Shown here: positions 14,376-27,797 of the stretch, one piece after another
How the letters are laid out: each line of letters begins with the position of its first letter
Numbering within the stretch: the stretch's first letter is position 1
Origin: Ginglymostoma cirratum
Taxonomy: Eukaryota
Reading direction: 5' to 3'
Length of the DNA: 64,000 nucleotides
Assembly: GCA_024137785.1 (NCBI GenBank)
Contig: JAHRHZ010000133.1
Span: 26,560,598-26,624,597, forward strand
Program-made: the position numbers and the translations under genes
The notes under the pieces: generated by a model
Seen by the model: only the letters and a program-made list of their open reading frames with translations
Told to the model about the DNA's origin: nothing
Database searches by the model: none

Positions 14376-15145
14376 AGGTGTTGTGGCTCACTGGGAAGCA
14401 TGGTGGAAATCAAATCCCACTATCCCAGAGTCATCACAAAAGGTTTTAACAAAAATCCAAGTACGCAAAGTGATCAATTTACCTAACTCATCACGTTAAC
14501 AGAAAACATGGACTAGATTTCTGTACTTAATAAGAACTACAATTTATTACAAATAAATAGATTGTAACCACAGGTAAACAATAAATTGCTGACATATCAC
14601 TCAACTCCCCTTCTTAAAACAATGGTCTTACAGATGGAGGGGAGAAGAATACTGGGGAAATGGTACAATAGCACTATATCTTAGATTCGATGGAGACGTT
14701 CCTTTTGTTTTCCAATCCTTTAGTTCTCTGGTATTTTCCTTCAGATTCTTTCATTCCTTCACAACAGGCACAAAGCAACTGGTTCACAAATAGTAAAGTT
14801 ACTGACTTATTGATTAAAAGCAACAACTGACAGGAACTGGTGGCTTTTTACAGGCTCTAGGTATTCCCACTGGAGGGATAGATGAGCACCACCTCCACAC
14901 CAGAGGTCCGAAGGCTTCTGTTTACATCATTCACACTCAATAGCTATTCAGCTCCACAGCAACCCAGGTTGTTGTCAAGCTGATGAACTTTTGCTTTAAC
15001 TGGTCACAATTAACAAACCAATCAGAAACCTTTTGCGAGCTGAATCTCACTTTGTATACATGGCCTGGTGTCATGCCTTTTATACCTTTCCAAATTGCTT
15101 GCAAAGCAACAGTGTGTGAATATGATCTACAATGGGTTTCAGTGA

Positions 15146-17260
15146 AGGAGCTGAACTGAAATCTGGACTGAAATCAACAAATGTTGGCGATCACAGCGGG
15201 TCAGACAGCATCGATGGAGAGAGAAAAAGCTAACGTTTCAAGTCTAATGACTTCATCAGAGCTTAAGTGAGTGTGGAGGGGGCAGCATTTATGCTATAGT
15301 TGAAGGAGGGCTGCATGTGGAGGTGGTGGAGTGTTGAGAGCTGGAAGAGAAAAAACAATAGTTCTGATTAAGTAATCAGAACGTGAGAATGGCAGAACAA
15401 TCATGTGTCTAACTGCCAGACTTGAAAGAGAAGACAGTCTCACTAGGGTGGTGGGAGGCAGGGAGAGGACATGGTGACAAAAATATAATAAGTAAAGATA
15501 AAAGGAAGGAAGGAAAGAAAGAAATGGGAATTGTTTCACAATATTGAGTCCAACACCTTCAAAGTAAGTCCAGAAGGTTATAAAGTGCCTAGTCTGAAGA
15601 TGAGATGTTGTTCTTCCAGTTTGCACTGTGATTAAGACCATAAGACATAGGAGCAAATTAGGCCATTCAGCCCATCGAGTCTGCTCCACCATTCAATCAT
15701 GGCTGATAAGTTTCTCAACCTCATTCTCCCACTTTTTCCCCGTAACCCTTGATAATCAAGAACCTGTCTGTCTCCATCTTAAATATACTCAATGACCTGG
15801 ACGCCACAGCGTTCTGTGGCAGTGACTGCCATAGATTCACCACTATCTGGCTGAAGAAGTTTCTCTTACCTCTGTTTTAAAAGGTCTTCCCTTGTTAGTC
15901 TAAGGTTGTGCCCTCGTGTCCTAGTCTCTCCTACCAATGGAAACATCTTCCCAACATTCAATCCGTCAAGGCCATTCAGTATTCTCCAAGTTTCAATTAG
16001 GTCCCCCTTCATCCTTCTAAACTCCACCAAGTATAGGCCCAGAGTCGTCACTGGAGCACTGCAGCATGCCAAGGACAGACAAGTGGGCATGTGATCTGGA
16101 CACTGTTTTGAAATGGCCAGCCACAGGAAAGTCAAGGTCATGCTTGTGCACCTGTAAAGCAGTCACCCAGTCTGCATTGAGTGCTGCAAATATAATACAC
16201 AAGAATGCAGATAGTATAGGTGAGACGCTGCTTCACCTAGAAAGACTGTTTAGGCCCTTGGATAGTGAGCAGGAAGGAGGTGAAGGGGCAGGTGTTGTAC
16301 CTTCTGCAGTTACATGGGAACGTACTGTGAGAACGGGGAGGTGGTGCTGGTTTTGGAATGGACTAGGGTGTCCTTAAGGGAACGATCCCTGCGAAATGCA
16401 GACAGGGGAGTGAGGGGAAGATGTGTTTGGTGGTGCCATCCTGCAGAATGCTGCAACACCTACCCCTTCACCTTCTCCCTGCTCACCATCTAAGGGCCTA
16501 AACAGTCTTTCCAGGTGAAGCAGCATTTCACTTGTACCCTCTCTAATCTCGTGTATTATATTCGCTGCACCCAATTGTACATTTGTACTGTATATTGTAT
16601 TGGTTTCAGTGACGTGCTTTATAAATGTACTGTACATTTCATAAACCAAAAGCAGACTGGATGACAGCTTTGCAGAACACCTCCGATCTGTATGCAAGCA
16701 TGACCCTGACCTTCCTGTAATTGGACATTTCAACAGTGTCCCGCTCGCATGCCCATTTATCTGTCCTCGCTATGCTGCAGTGTTCCAGTGAATCACAGCG
16801 CAAACTGGAGGAACAACATCTCATCTTCAAAAGTAGGCACTTCACAGCCTTCTAGACTTAACATTAAGTTCAACACCTTCAAATTGTGAACCGACTCCCA
16901 TTTCTTCCATTTACCTTTACTTGTAACATTCTTCATTACCATGTCTTCTACACCCCAATGGGACTGTCTTCTCTTTCAAATCTAGCTGTTAGACACACCA
17001 TTGTTCCGCCATTCTCACACTCCAATCACTTAATCAGAACTACCAATGTCTTTTCTCCACCAGCACTCAGCACCCCACCACTGCCACAATCCCCCACCAC
17101 CCAAATTTCCCCCCAACGCCCTCCAAACGATAGCATAGATGCTACCCCCTCTCCACACTTCACGTCAGCTCTGACAGAGTCACCTAGACTTGAAATGTTT
17201 GCTTGCTGTCTCTCTCCGTGGATGCCGTCTGTGATTGCCAGCATTCGTTGTTTTCAGCGT
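15146..17260. mobile_element. PLE family D: two 3' fragments in inverted arrangement (- 15150-16430, + 16455-17260)
   Basis: GIY-YIG remnants (Y.IRCTQ..LYI..TKSRL.DSFAEHL; EEQHLIF) on both arms; hammerhead-like agctctgatgaagtcattagacttgaaacgttagct on - at 15228-15263. Confidence 0.75.
15634..16040 (-). mobile_element. CR1 3' end inserted within PLE family D
   Basis: LGLYLVEFRRMKGDLIETWRILNGLD...; taagaccataagacatagg terminal microsatellite tail. Confidence 0.8.
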
Positions 17261-17809
17261 TGGTTTTAGTGACGTGCTTTATAAATGTACTGCAATTCCT
17301 TCCTTAATTTTTTGTTATAAAATAACCCTTTTCCCAATTCAGTTCACAATCAAATGAAAAAAACTAAAGCTGCAGAATTTACACTTGAAATATTCATCCT
17401 TGTTTTCAATCCCTCCATGGCCTTGCTTCTCCCAACTCTAATCTCCTGCAGGCCTCAGCCTCAGAGAGATATCTGGATTCCAATTATGGCATTGAGCATT
17501 GCTAATTTTAAATGTTCCACCTTCAATGCCTTTGGCTGTCAAAGCCCAATGAAGTGGAAAGCCCCACTGAAACGTCTCTGCCTCTCCATCTCTTTCTCCA
17601 TTCAGAGAATCCTTGAAACGTACTTCTTGGACAAAACTTTGTCAACTTTCTAATAGTTCCTCATGTGGTTTGACATGAATTTTTGTTTCATAATACTTGT
17701 TTGTTATTTTATGTTAACACCACCATACAAAATGTGCTGTTTCTTTACTCATTTCTTGTTCTACAGATGCAAATACCTGATGATTATTCCCAGCATCTTG
17801 AACTGAATT

Positions 17810-18300
17810 AGTTTTATTGTCACACGTACTCAAATGAGTACAGTGAAAAGTTTTGGGTTGCCACATTACAGTACCATCTTAACTACAAAGGTATCTACGT
17901 ACAGATGCTCAAGATCAAATTCTTAGGGAACAAAAAAAAGTTAGAAAAGAAATAAATAGTCCAGCATTATAGGTCACAAGAATAAATTAGAAAAATAAAA
18001 AAGTAAAAAGTTCAGAATATCAATCATTCTGACCCTGTCCATGCTGGCACCTTGCCTAAAGAGAGGCCTCCACTGCCCCACCAACACAGGAGTTGCCGCA
18101 CTTTAGGCATCATCTCTTTGCTTCTGGGCCACTTTCGCCAATGCTGCTAAACCCACACTCGCACCACAACCAAGAGTCTCTGGCTCTGCTGCCAGGCCAA
18201 GCTGCCACCAGGCCACGAGTCCTGCTTTGGCTGTGGATGTTGTCTTGCCAGCACTGCCATCTTGAAGAGTCCGCTGCCGCCATCTCTGATCGCTGAAGGA
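17810..18300 (-). mobile_element. non-coding retroelement with Rex/Babar-like tail
   Basis: tttattgtcacacgtactcaaatgagtacagtgaaaag tail with gtactc/gagtac hairpin. Confidence 0.5.
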
Positions 18301-19636
18301 GCTTTCATGCCATAACATCATACATTGGACTTTGTCATGCTACACTATAGGCATCTCCAATGGTTCAAATATGAATTTGTATATGATAAAGGAATATATT
18401 ATTTCAGTGTTAGATATCCGATCATACAAATCTTCGCAACAATTCACAGTCAGATTTTAATTCACCAATGATGATGAAATCCTGACAGATAATCTTGAGA
18501 TTTACAATAGTGCTTCTGACAGCGTGATTATTTAAGTTTGTCAATTTTTACTTCTATCAAGTTGAAGTGAAGCATATAGCTGAGAGAAAAACTAATCTCA
18601 TACAGCTCACAAAAATCTTGTTTCTCGGTCATAGAGTAATGTAGTTATCGGATGCGGGACATTTATGGAACATGTCTCACTTCCTTAACAATACAGCTTA
18701 CAATATAGTGAAAATATACTTAACATACTGAAATGAAATCAAAGTTGGAGCCACTTTTGAGGTAGCCTCAGATATATACCGGATGAATTGCAAACAAACT
18801 GCATCATGATTAGCTCACTAAATCAAAGAATGGCTAGAGCACAGAGATAGCATCCAGACTACTGTACCTATTCTTACAGTCCATGTAGAAACTGATATCT
18901 TTTAAAAAGAAATTTGAAATCCTCGTGACTAATTTCGCAAGCAAAATGCTGTAGATGCTGGATAAATGAAGTAAAATTAAAAAATGCTGGAAATGCTCAA
19001 TGGGTCTGGCAGCACTTGTGGAGAGAAACATATCTCACACATCAAGTTGAAGCTCTTCTATCAGAACAGCAAGCACTAGTTTATTAAGGAATAGATACTC
19101 TAAACAACAAAAACAACCCTCACTCAATGTTTAAAATAGAAAATCCCCATCCATGGCTATACTTGACACTGTCCCCTATGGGGAAACTATTCTTTTGGAT
19201 CAGTCCAAAATGATTCTGATAACCCAATCTCCAGAGGGCTTTCTTCCTTCTCTTTTCTTAAATTTGATAGCTCCCAATCCTCGAACTGGCTTTCACATTA
19301 AGGGATAAATTGGAGATTACTCCTTTTTGCTAAAACTCGACAAATCTTCTACTTTCATTTAAATTATCAGAAGCCCAGTTTCTGCAATCTGAGCATGAGT
19401 TATCACGTACATTCACGAGTAACAAATCACAGAGACAAGATACCTCTACTACTCTGCTGCTACATTTTCTTGAATCCTTGCAGACTGATCCTGAACATGA
19501 GGCTCAATGGTATTTTAAGAAAGCATTCTAAAAGCCAATTCTACAATGACGTCCTATGTACTTTCAAAATCCATTTTTTTGGCAATGTGGATCACATAGG
19601 TCTTGTACCAAGGCAGAAAGTGCTTATTAGCTAATC

Positions 19637-19706
19637 TTTAAATTCCAAACTTAATTTTAACTTGAAACTAAATAGTTTCAAGTTAAAATTAAGTTTGGAA
19701 TTTAAA
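19637..19706. repeat. perfect 34-bp inverted repeat with 2-nt spacer
   Basis: TTTAAATTCCAAACTTAATTTTAACTTGAAACTA-aa-TAGTTTCAAGTTAAAATTAAGTTTGGAATTTAAA. Confidence 0.95.
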
Positions 19707-19834
19707 CAGTTTCAAGTAAAACCATTCACAAAATATGACATCTTTACATTGTCCTGGCACTTGGAGACAAGAGCTCATTCACCATCAGTACAGATGCTGT
19801 GACTATTGTTTATAAGAATGAAAAGTAGTGTTCA

Positions 19835-20129
19835 TTCCTATATACAGAGTGGAAAAAGGCCCTTCGGCCCAACAAGTCCACATCAACCCTCAGAATTCCA
19901 CCCAGACCCATCCCCCTATAACTCACCGAGTCTATACATCCCTGGACATTATGGGCAATTTAACAAGGGCAATCCACCTAGCCTGCACATCTTTGGATTG
20001 TGGGAGGAAACTGAAGCAAACCCATGCAGACACGGGGAGAATGCAAACTCCACAGATACAGTTGCCCAAGGGTGGAACTGAACCAGAATCCCTGGCGCTG
20101 TGAGGCAGCAGTTGAGCCACCGTGCCGCC
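19835..20129 (-). mobile_element. HE1-type tRNA-derived V-SINE
   Basis: ggcggcacggtggctca..ctgctgcctcacagcgccagg head; V-domain ctccccgtgtctgc.tgggttt...cctcccacaatccaaagatgtgc. Confidence 0.85.
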
Positions 20130-20379
20130 TTCTTTCTTCCCAGTTAAAAACTTCCCCCATCGTAATCTTTAACAACCAAACCACTGGAGCTAGCTGTCAG
20201 CAGGATTCAGAATAGGTCACATGACACCTTCATTCCTCCATTTTATATGAAATTAAAGACAGTTCCAAAACATGATAACCTTATTAAAATGACACATTGT
20301 AGGTTCCTGCAACAGCGACCCACACATTCATTATTTCTCTTTAGCTTAACAAATTTTCTCGCTTCAGGTGCATGTCCTG

Positions 20380-21020
20380 TTATGGTTTGAAAGCCCTGAT
20401 TAAATTTGCTTGCACAACATTCTCAGACAATGTATTCTACAGCCTAACCACTTGTATAAAAAGCTTTTCCTCATGCTACCTTTGGTTCTTTTGTCATTCA
20501 CCTACAATGTCTCCTGGTTCTCAATCTTGCACCAAAGGTACACCTTTGTCCTATCTACTCTGTCTACACCACTTACAACAAACATAGTAAATAGGAACAG
20601 GAGTAGGCCATTCAGCCCTTTGAACTTGCTATGCAATTCATTATGGTCATGCTGATCACCCAACTCAAAAACATGTTCCTGCTTCCCCCCAACCCCCATA
20701 TCCTTTGATCCTTTAGCCCCAAATCCTATATCCAACTCCTTCTTGGAATCATGTCATGTTTTGGCCTCAACCACTTTCTGTGTTAGCGAATTCCATGACT
20801 CAAACACTTCTGTCAAATCTTCCATAAGGAGGGCAGGCCCACATTTCTCCTATCAACCTTAGAACCATTCTCATAAATCTTTTCAACAGTCTCTCTTAAT
20901 CTTACACCTCCTTCCTAATCAAGAATTCACATCTTTGTATTTTGTACTCTGTACTACTACTTACAAATCCCAGAATCCCATATGCCTTTTAACCACTCAG
21001 TTTGCCCTGCCACCTTCACG
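20380..21020 (-). mobile_element. degenerate CR1 3' fragments
   Basis: ataggaacaggagtaggccattcagcccttt tail at ~20590; decayed CR1 sequence on both sides. Confidence 0.55.
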
Positions 21021-21854
21021 GACGCTGATAAACTTTAGATACCTGCCCAAAGGCAGTAAGTGCTGGCAGGCTATTCAGCAATGTCACAGCTGAGCCTTAT
21101 GTTTTCTATGAATTCTCGTCAGAGTTAGCTGATAATCAAAAGTATTTGTCTTAGATGATTTTAGACATCAACACTGTGCAAGTTGAGGCTCACTGCAGTT
21201 CCCCACCTCATCCCCAGGCAAATATGGGACTTACTATTCTATCAAGAAAAACTATTGTAAAAAGCACCAGGAGGAATTCCTTTGTTTATTGCCACACTGA
21301 ACTTGATTGACAAGTTTGTATTCTAAATTGCAGAGTTTGTATGGATTAAATAACTTGTCTTCCCAAAATGCATACAGGAACATGATGTTTTTGAAATCAC
21401 AAATATTGAAACTGAACATTTTAACTGAAAAATACTATTGATTGCTACTGCATTGTTTTACAATAAAAAAAAGAAGTGGTAGTGTTAAGGCTCCTTGGAA
21501 TCTTTTTTCCTTATTCAAAATTAAAAATAAAAACAAAGATCCAGAATAAAATTAAAATATTTAAGTCAGGACACAGACACAAGGGATTTACAGCAAATTG
21601 GTGCTCATTCAAGCCCAATAACTCAATCTGTTGAATATACTTTGAATAAGTGTATTATTTCCTTCCCCTCCAGAAGGCACACAAATCTAAGCTGCTTCTT
21701 CGTGCATATTATTGGCACAGAGTGCAACAGAAATTAATTCTCCTATTTCAGTCAAATATATATGCTCAACCATGGTGTCAAATTATTCATGCAAATACAG
21801 CAGTCAGCTCAAAGACATACCTACTTGAACAAGAAAATGTTAAGATTGAAATTT

Positions 21855-22020
21855 TTTTTTTTATGCATTTGTGGGATGTTGCTCGGTGGCAAGCATTTAT
21901 TCCCCATCCCTTGTCCCCCTTGAGAAGGTGGTGGCGAATTGCCTTCTTGAACCATCGCAGTCTACCTGCTGAGAGTTGACCCACAATGCCATTAGGGAGG
22001 AAATTCCAGGATTCTGACCG
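21855..22020 (-). mobile_element. 3' tail of the LINE family at 42690-44220
   Basis: gcatttattccccatcccttgtcccccttgagaaggtggtgg is the reverse complement of the shared tail. Confidence 0.6.
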
Positions 22021-22489
22021 AACATTTTTGGCCAAAATGCTTTTAAAGGTCATTTCAAATGCTTCAAAAACAGATTCAAGAGCTAAATTCACTTAAGTCT
22101 TCAGAATTTCCACCATTTGTATTATTAGCAAAGTCAAAAGCAAAATGCAGTTGCATTCAGACTCGAAGTCTGAAACAAAACAGAAAATGTTAGAAATGCT
22201 TAGCAGGTCAGGCTGCATCTTTAAAAAGAGAAAAAACTCAGTTACCATTTCAGGTCTGCATCTTTTCAAATCCAGTTCTGGCAAAAGATCACAATCCTGG
22301 AATACTAACTTTTTTCCCCCCACCAGATGCTTCCAGACCTGCATATTTCCATAATTTTCTGTTTCTGTAAGCAAAATCCAAGTGAACTTTGCTTGTGGCA
22401 ACAAATGTAAATTAGAAAAAGATGCCAAATATAGACATTTATATAATATATATAGATTTTTAAAAATCAACATTTTGAAAACAAAATCA

Positions 22490-22882
<393 letters not shown>

Positions 22883-23244
22883 TCACAGAATCACAAGAGT
22901 TGTTACAGTACACGTTCAGACCAAGATGTTCAAGGCTCAATTCGTGATTTACGCCAAGTTTGCTGAACACGATGACAATGAACTGTAGACACTATAAATG
23001 ACATATATGCCTGCATGTTGGACAGTCATTGATAAGATAAGGCAAAATGGGAAATCACGTCTCTGTGTCTTGGGTAGATGGGAGATAGTGACCATGAGGA
23101 CAAATCCACTTATACAACGCCAAATAGCAATTTGTTTCTCTTATACAAATCGTAACAAATTATTTCGAACTTACTTTTAAGCAGGGTTATTCAATCATGT
23201 ACGGTGGCAGATATGAATTTGAACCTGACATTAAGAACAATATG

Positions 23245-23329
23245 AGATAACAAGCATGGGGCTGGATGAACACAGCAGGTCAAGCAGCATCATAGGAGCA
23301 GGAAAACTTGACGTTTCGGGCCTAAACCC
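23245..23329 (-). mobile_element. PLE family A terminus, 10-bp TSD
   Basis: TSD gaacaatatg 23235-23244 / 23330-23339; reverse complement of ~23-108. Confidence 0.8.
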
Positions 23330-23936
23330 GAACAATATGCATTTTTTTTCAATACAGCAATGCTTACTAAGTTGAAATCCCTTTGTCAGGCTGCAAATAT
23401 GGATGTCTAGCTTAGTCGTGAGGCCGCGTGTGAAAATCAGCGAAGTCATTCAATGTTGCAGAATATGCCAGTGTCTGATCAGCTAAGCACGCTGTCATGG
23501 ATTTGTCATGGGACATTGGTTTATGGTGGTTCATAAGAAAAACAAAAATGAAGCATGCATGCAGACAAACTTCAGAGAGATTCACTGCAGGTTCAGTGGT
23601 ATCATGAATTACTTTATTGATTAAGATTTTAAAGCAACTTATGAAAAAATAAGAGATTACTGACTGATGGAGAAAAATTACTCATTACTCCAGTATGAAG
23701 AACTCTGAACTGGTTAAATATGCAACACTGCCTCAAAAATCAGAATTTCAGTCCTCTGCACTTGTATTTGATGGTTGTCTGGGAATGGACATGTACTGTA
23801 AGTATTTTCAAGTTTGCTTATTTGGGCTCACAAATAGTAATGCTGGCAGATTTTAGCTTTCTGTCCCTAAATGTGGCAGAGTTTTCTATGCCAGAGTGGG
23901 GCTCCTCAGCTACACCTGGCAATGTTCAAGACAGAG

Positions 23937-24435
23937 ATAACAAGGTGTGGAGCTGGATGAACACANNNNNNNNNNNNNNNNNNNNNNNNNNNNNNNNNNN
24001 NNNNNNNNNNNNNNNNNNNNNNNNNNNNNNNNNNNNNNNNNNNNNNNNNNNNNNNNNNNNNNNNNNNNNNNNNNNNNNNNNNNNNNNNNNNNNNNNNNNN
24101 NNNNNNNNNNNNNNNNNNNNNNNNNNNNNNNNNNNNNNNNNNNNNNNNNNNNNNNNNNNNNNNNNNNNNNNNNNNNNNNNNNNNNNNNNNNNNNNNNNNN
24201 NNNNNNNNNNNNNNNNNNNNNNNNNNNNNNNNNNNNNNNNNNNNNNNNNNNNNNNNNNNNNNNNNNNNNNNNNNNNNNNNNNNNNNNNNNNNNNNNNNNN
24301 NNNNNNNNNNNNNNNNNNNNNNNNNNNNNNNNNNNNNNNNNNNNNNNNNNNNNNNNNNNNNNNNNTGTGTTCATCCAGCTCCACACCTTGTTATCTCGGA
24401 TTCTCCGGCATCTGCAGTACCTATTATCTCTGATA
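23937..24435. mobile_element. fold-back PLE family A insertion spanning a 400-N gap, 17-bp TSD
   Basis: TSD caatgttcaagacagag 23920-23936 / 24436-24452; arms are reverse complements. Confidence 0.8.
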
Positions 24436-25193
24436 CAATGTTCAAGACAGAGTTGACTTTCATGGCACAGCCCATCATTCTGCAACATGGAAGGCTGACA
24501 TCATAATATAAGGTGGTAACATTCAAGACTGATTGGCACTGTGACAATGCATCTATGAAAAATTAACTGTACAAGTTGCCACTTAGGCAGACACATTACT
24601 TGTTCTAAGTTCAAACAAAAGTTTTCATGATCTTCTCTACTCAACTAATTAATTAAGTACTCAACTAATTAATAAGTATTCTCATGGCAACCAAAAAGGG
24701 AAAGGGGGTGGAGAAGAGAACAGGAAGCCATACTCCTTTGAAACAGCTCACTGGAAAGTGCTCTAGTGATCTCAAGTTCTTCTGTATTTAGTAGGTATGA
24801 GAATATTTAATAATTGGTAGTATATTTATATTTGGACACAGAAACTGCTGCTTGAAGTGTGCCATTTTCTATGATAGTGGATGAAAGTGAAACTTAACTT
24901 TCAATTAAGTCTATGAACTAGAAGTACCATAATGCTGTTTCCACCAAATTTTACCCCTCTTGCTATGTAACAAGACTTTAGTCTCATTCATCATCTCAAA
25001 CATCCAGTCAAATGAATAAATTATGTGCGAAATAAAAGGTACAGATATGCAGTTCAATTTTTGCACGATGCAATATTCAACTATCAGTTTCTATGTCCAA
25101 ATATAAATGTTACCAAGCTATTGCTACACTTAACAGTTTTAGTGCAAAGGATTTGCTAAGTTTACAAACTTCTTTGCCAATTAATGAATTCTA

Positions 25194-25385
<192 letters not shown>

Positions 25386-25553
25386 TCAGTTAAAAAAATG
25401 TAAGCATGGAAAATAAAGAAATCTGCCACCCCTCAAGACTTCTCATTGTGCTAAAGGCCAAAATGAATTAAATGCAATCCCAGCGTGATAAAGAGCAGCT
25501 TATATAGGTGAATAAAGTCATCCTACTGGCATGAACTAAAAGAAGCTATTAAA

Positions 25554-25839
25554 GTTTTTGGAGTAGATCTGTAGCTCGGGTTATGGGTGCTGAGGCTGGT
25601 TGACCCGCCGAGCTGGTTTGTTGTTTTGTTGTGTTTCAACATATTGAACTCGACCCCCTATATATTCCACTACGAAGGAAAACCGGAAGTGAGGCAATCC
25701 GTCTCAACAGACCCCAGAGTTTTAAAAACCAGGCGGGAAAACACACTGAAGCTTCATCGGAGGCTGCACTGAGGATGTTACCAAGCATGGTAACGAAACG
25801 TCTGCAAAACAACAAACCAGCTCGGCGAGCCAACCAACC
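25554..25839 (+). mobile_element. short PLE family B insertion with inverted termini, 14-bp TSD
   Basis: TSD aagaagctattaaa 25540-25553 / 25840-25853; arms tggttgacccgccgagctggtttgttgtttt / aaaacaacaaaccagctcggcgagccaacca. Confidence 0.8.
25765..25806 (+). ncRNA. minimal type I hammerhead ribozyme motif
   Basis: UGCA-CUGAGGA-U-GUUACCA(AGCA)UGGUAAC-GAAA-CG-UC-UGCA: 4-bp stem I, perfect 7-bp stem II, GUC cleavage triplet. Confidence 0.72.
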
Positions 25840-26914
25840 AAGAAGCTATTAAACTTCAGAATACATAGTCAAAGCAATAATGAAGCCAGGACCATTAGTG
25901 AACCAGGACTTATTTTCCCCAGACAACTGAACAGATTGAAGTATTATGTATAGGCCGAGATGTTTGCAGTACAGAGAGGGTATTCAGCCCACTGCTCTAA
26001 ATACAGCTTGAATGTTTGCAATTCGACAGCCTTTCAGGCAGTGAGTTTGAGAGTTGCACCATCCCTGGGTGAAAAGTCTTTTCTCAACTTGCTTACTATT
26101 ACTATTATGTCAATATTATTATTGGATGTCAATAAGTAAGTCTTCATTTTGAAAGAACTGAATAATTTTCCTGCTAGAAAAGAAAAATCACTGGGGCCTC
26201 AGTACTCAATTAATCTTACAATTGTTTTTTTCAGATTGGTCGCTAGGTAGACAACAGCTATATAGGTCCTTTTCTGTCTGATTCTGCATGAATTGGCCAC
26301 ACCATTTTCATCCCTGTTTTCTCACAACATACTTCCACTCTTAGAGGCAATGATACAAATTAGATTGCCTTTTCACAGAAACCAGAATCTCTTTGCAATT
26401 TTCCTGGAAGAGTTATTCAAGAGCAAGTTTAAATCAGGAGTGCTGACAGCGCACAATGATTTGGGAATGGCATGTAGACAGTGGAGTGAATGCAGCGGCA
26501 GAAGAGAGAAAGATAAGGCAAGGGTCACAGTTTATCCCAATCCAGTGATGAGTAGATGCTAGCATATGTGCACTGCAATCAGGAACACATCTGAGAAGCC
26601 ATATTCTAATTTAAAAGTTATTGAGAAGCCTGTAAACTCTGCAGCCTCAATCAGCAAATAAAATCAAACTAAATGAAACCAGCACTCTCCTAGTTTGGGT
26701 CAATCAGTCAAGCACTAATCAAAATGTTGAATCCAGTATTTGTGTAGTCAGTAAGATTTAATAGCGTATCAGATGATCAATTCAACTGAATCATGATGAA
26801 AGCGAACTTGAGTCAGTCAAAATAAGAAATACACATCAGAAATACATTCTGCTGTGCTTCATGATTCCAGATCATTATAAATTTCAACTAAAAACAGGAA
26901 AACAGTTGTACCGT

Positions 26915-27068
26915 CGCCAGTCCCACCCCGTATCTCTATTTATTTCAGAGCTCCCTTCCCCCTCCCCCATTTCTGAAGAAGGGTCCCAACCCAAAACATC
27001 AACTTTCCTGCTCCTCTGGTGCTGCCTGGCCTGCTGTGCTCCTCCAGCTCCACACTGTGTTATATCTG
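26915..27068 (+). mobile_element. PLE family A terminus (diverged)
   Basis: tttctgaagaagggtcccaacccaaaacatcaactttcctgctcctc...gttat. Confidence 0.7.
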
Positions 27069-27549
27069 GATCATCAGGGGTGCTACTTAGCCAGTTTTGA
27101 GAGCCCTCAGATCTAAGTTAGTCAATCTGTATACGTGCATGCAGATTAGTCGACCGTCACTTCATAAGATTGAGACAGATAACTCCTTCATGGTCCTCAT
27201 TCTTGATCACTATCCAGTTACTTTTGCTCTCAATGAATTTGTGGATAATAGCAAAAAATAATTGGGTTCAGCCATGATAGTTGCATGGATTAACATTCAT
27301 TGGGAATTCTCATGCACAAAGACAATCATGTGGGTCAGGTACTGGAGCAGGATGGCATTGAGTTGAGAAAAAAAAAAAGAAAAAGACAGAGAAGAAAAGA
27401 TCAAAATCAGGTCTGGAACCAATGTATTATTTGTCAGTTTTAACTTATATTTTGGCTCAAAGACTGAACCAGATTTCTTTGCTTTGCAACTTGTCTGCTG
27501 TAAAACAGGAATAACAAGTAATGAAAGGGTGACAAAGCATAATTTAAAT

Positions 27550-27644
27550 TTCTGAAGAAGGGTCTAGGCCCGAAACGTCAGCCTTCCTGCTCCTCTGATG
27601 CTGCTTGGCCTGCTGTGTTCATCCAGCTCTACACTTTGTTATCT
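27550..27644 (+). mobile_element. 95-bp PLE family A terminus with hammerhead core, 12-bp TSD
   Basis: TSD cataatttaaat 27538-27549 / 27645-27656; ctgaagaagggtctaggcccgaaacgtc. Confidence 0.82.
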
Positions 27645-27797
27645 CATAATTTAAATGCATTTAAGTTGTTATTGCGTAAACATGCAAAGACAGAAAACAT
27701 CCAATGCAATTTTGAAACCAGTAAAAAAGCACTCATGAAATCGGATTAAAGCCACGATAGCCCAAGTGAGTCAGAAGAGGATAGAATGCAGAATAGT

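Larger units (their letters stand above)
14379..17383 (-). mobile_element. solo-LTR-like element (TG...CA) split by a PLE insertion
   Basis: Starts tgttgtggctcactgg, ends gaatttaca; interrupts the L2 remnant; no clean TSD seen. Confidence 0.4.
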
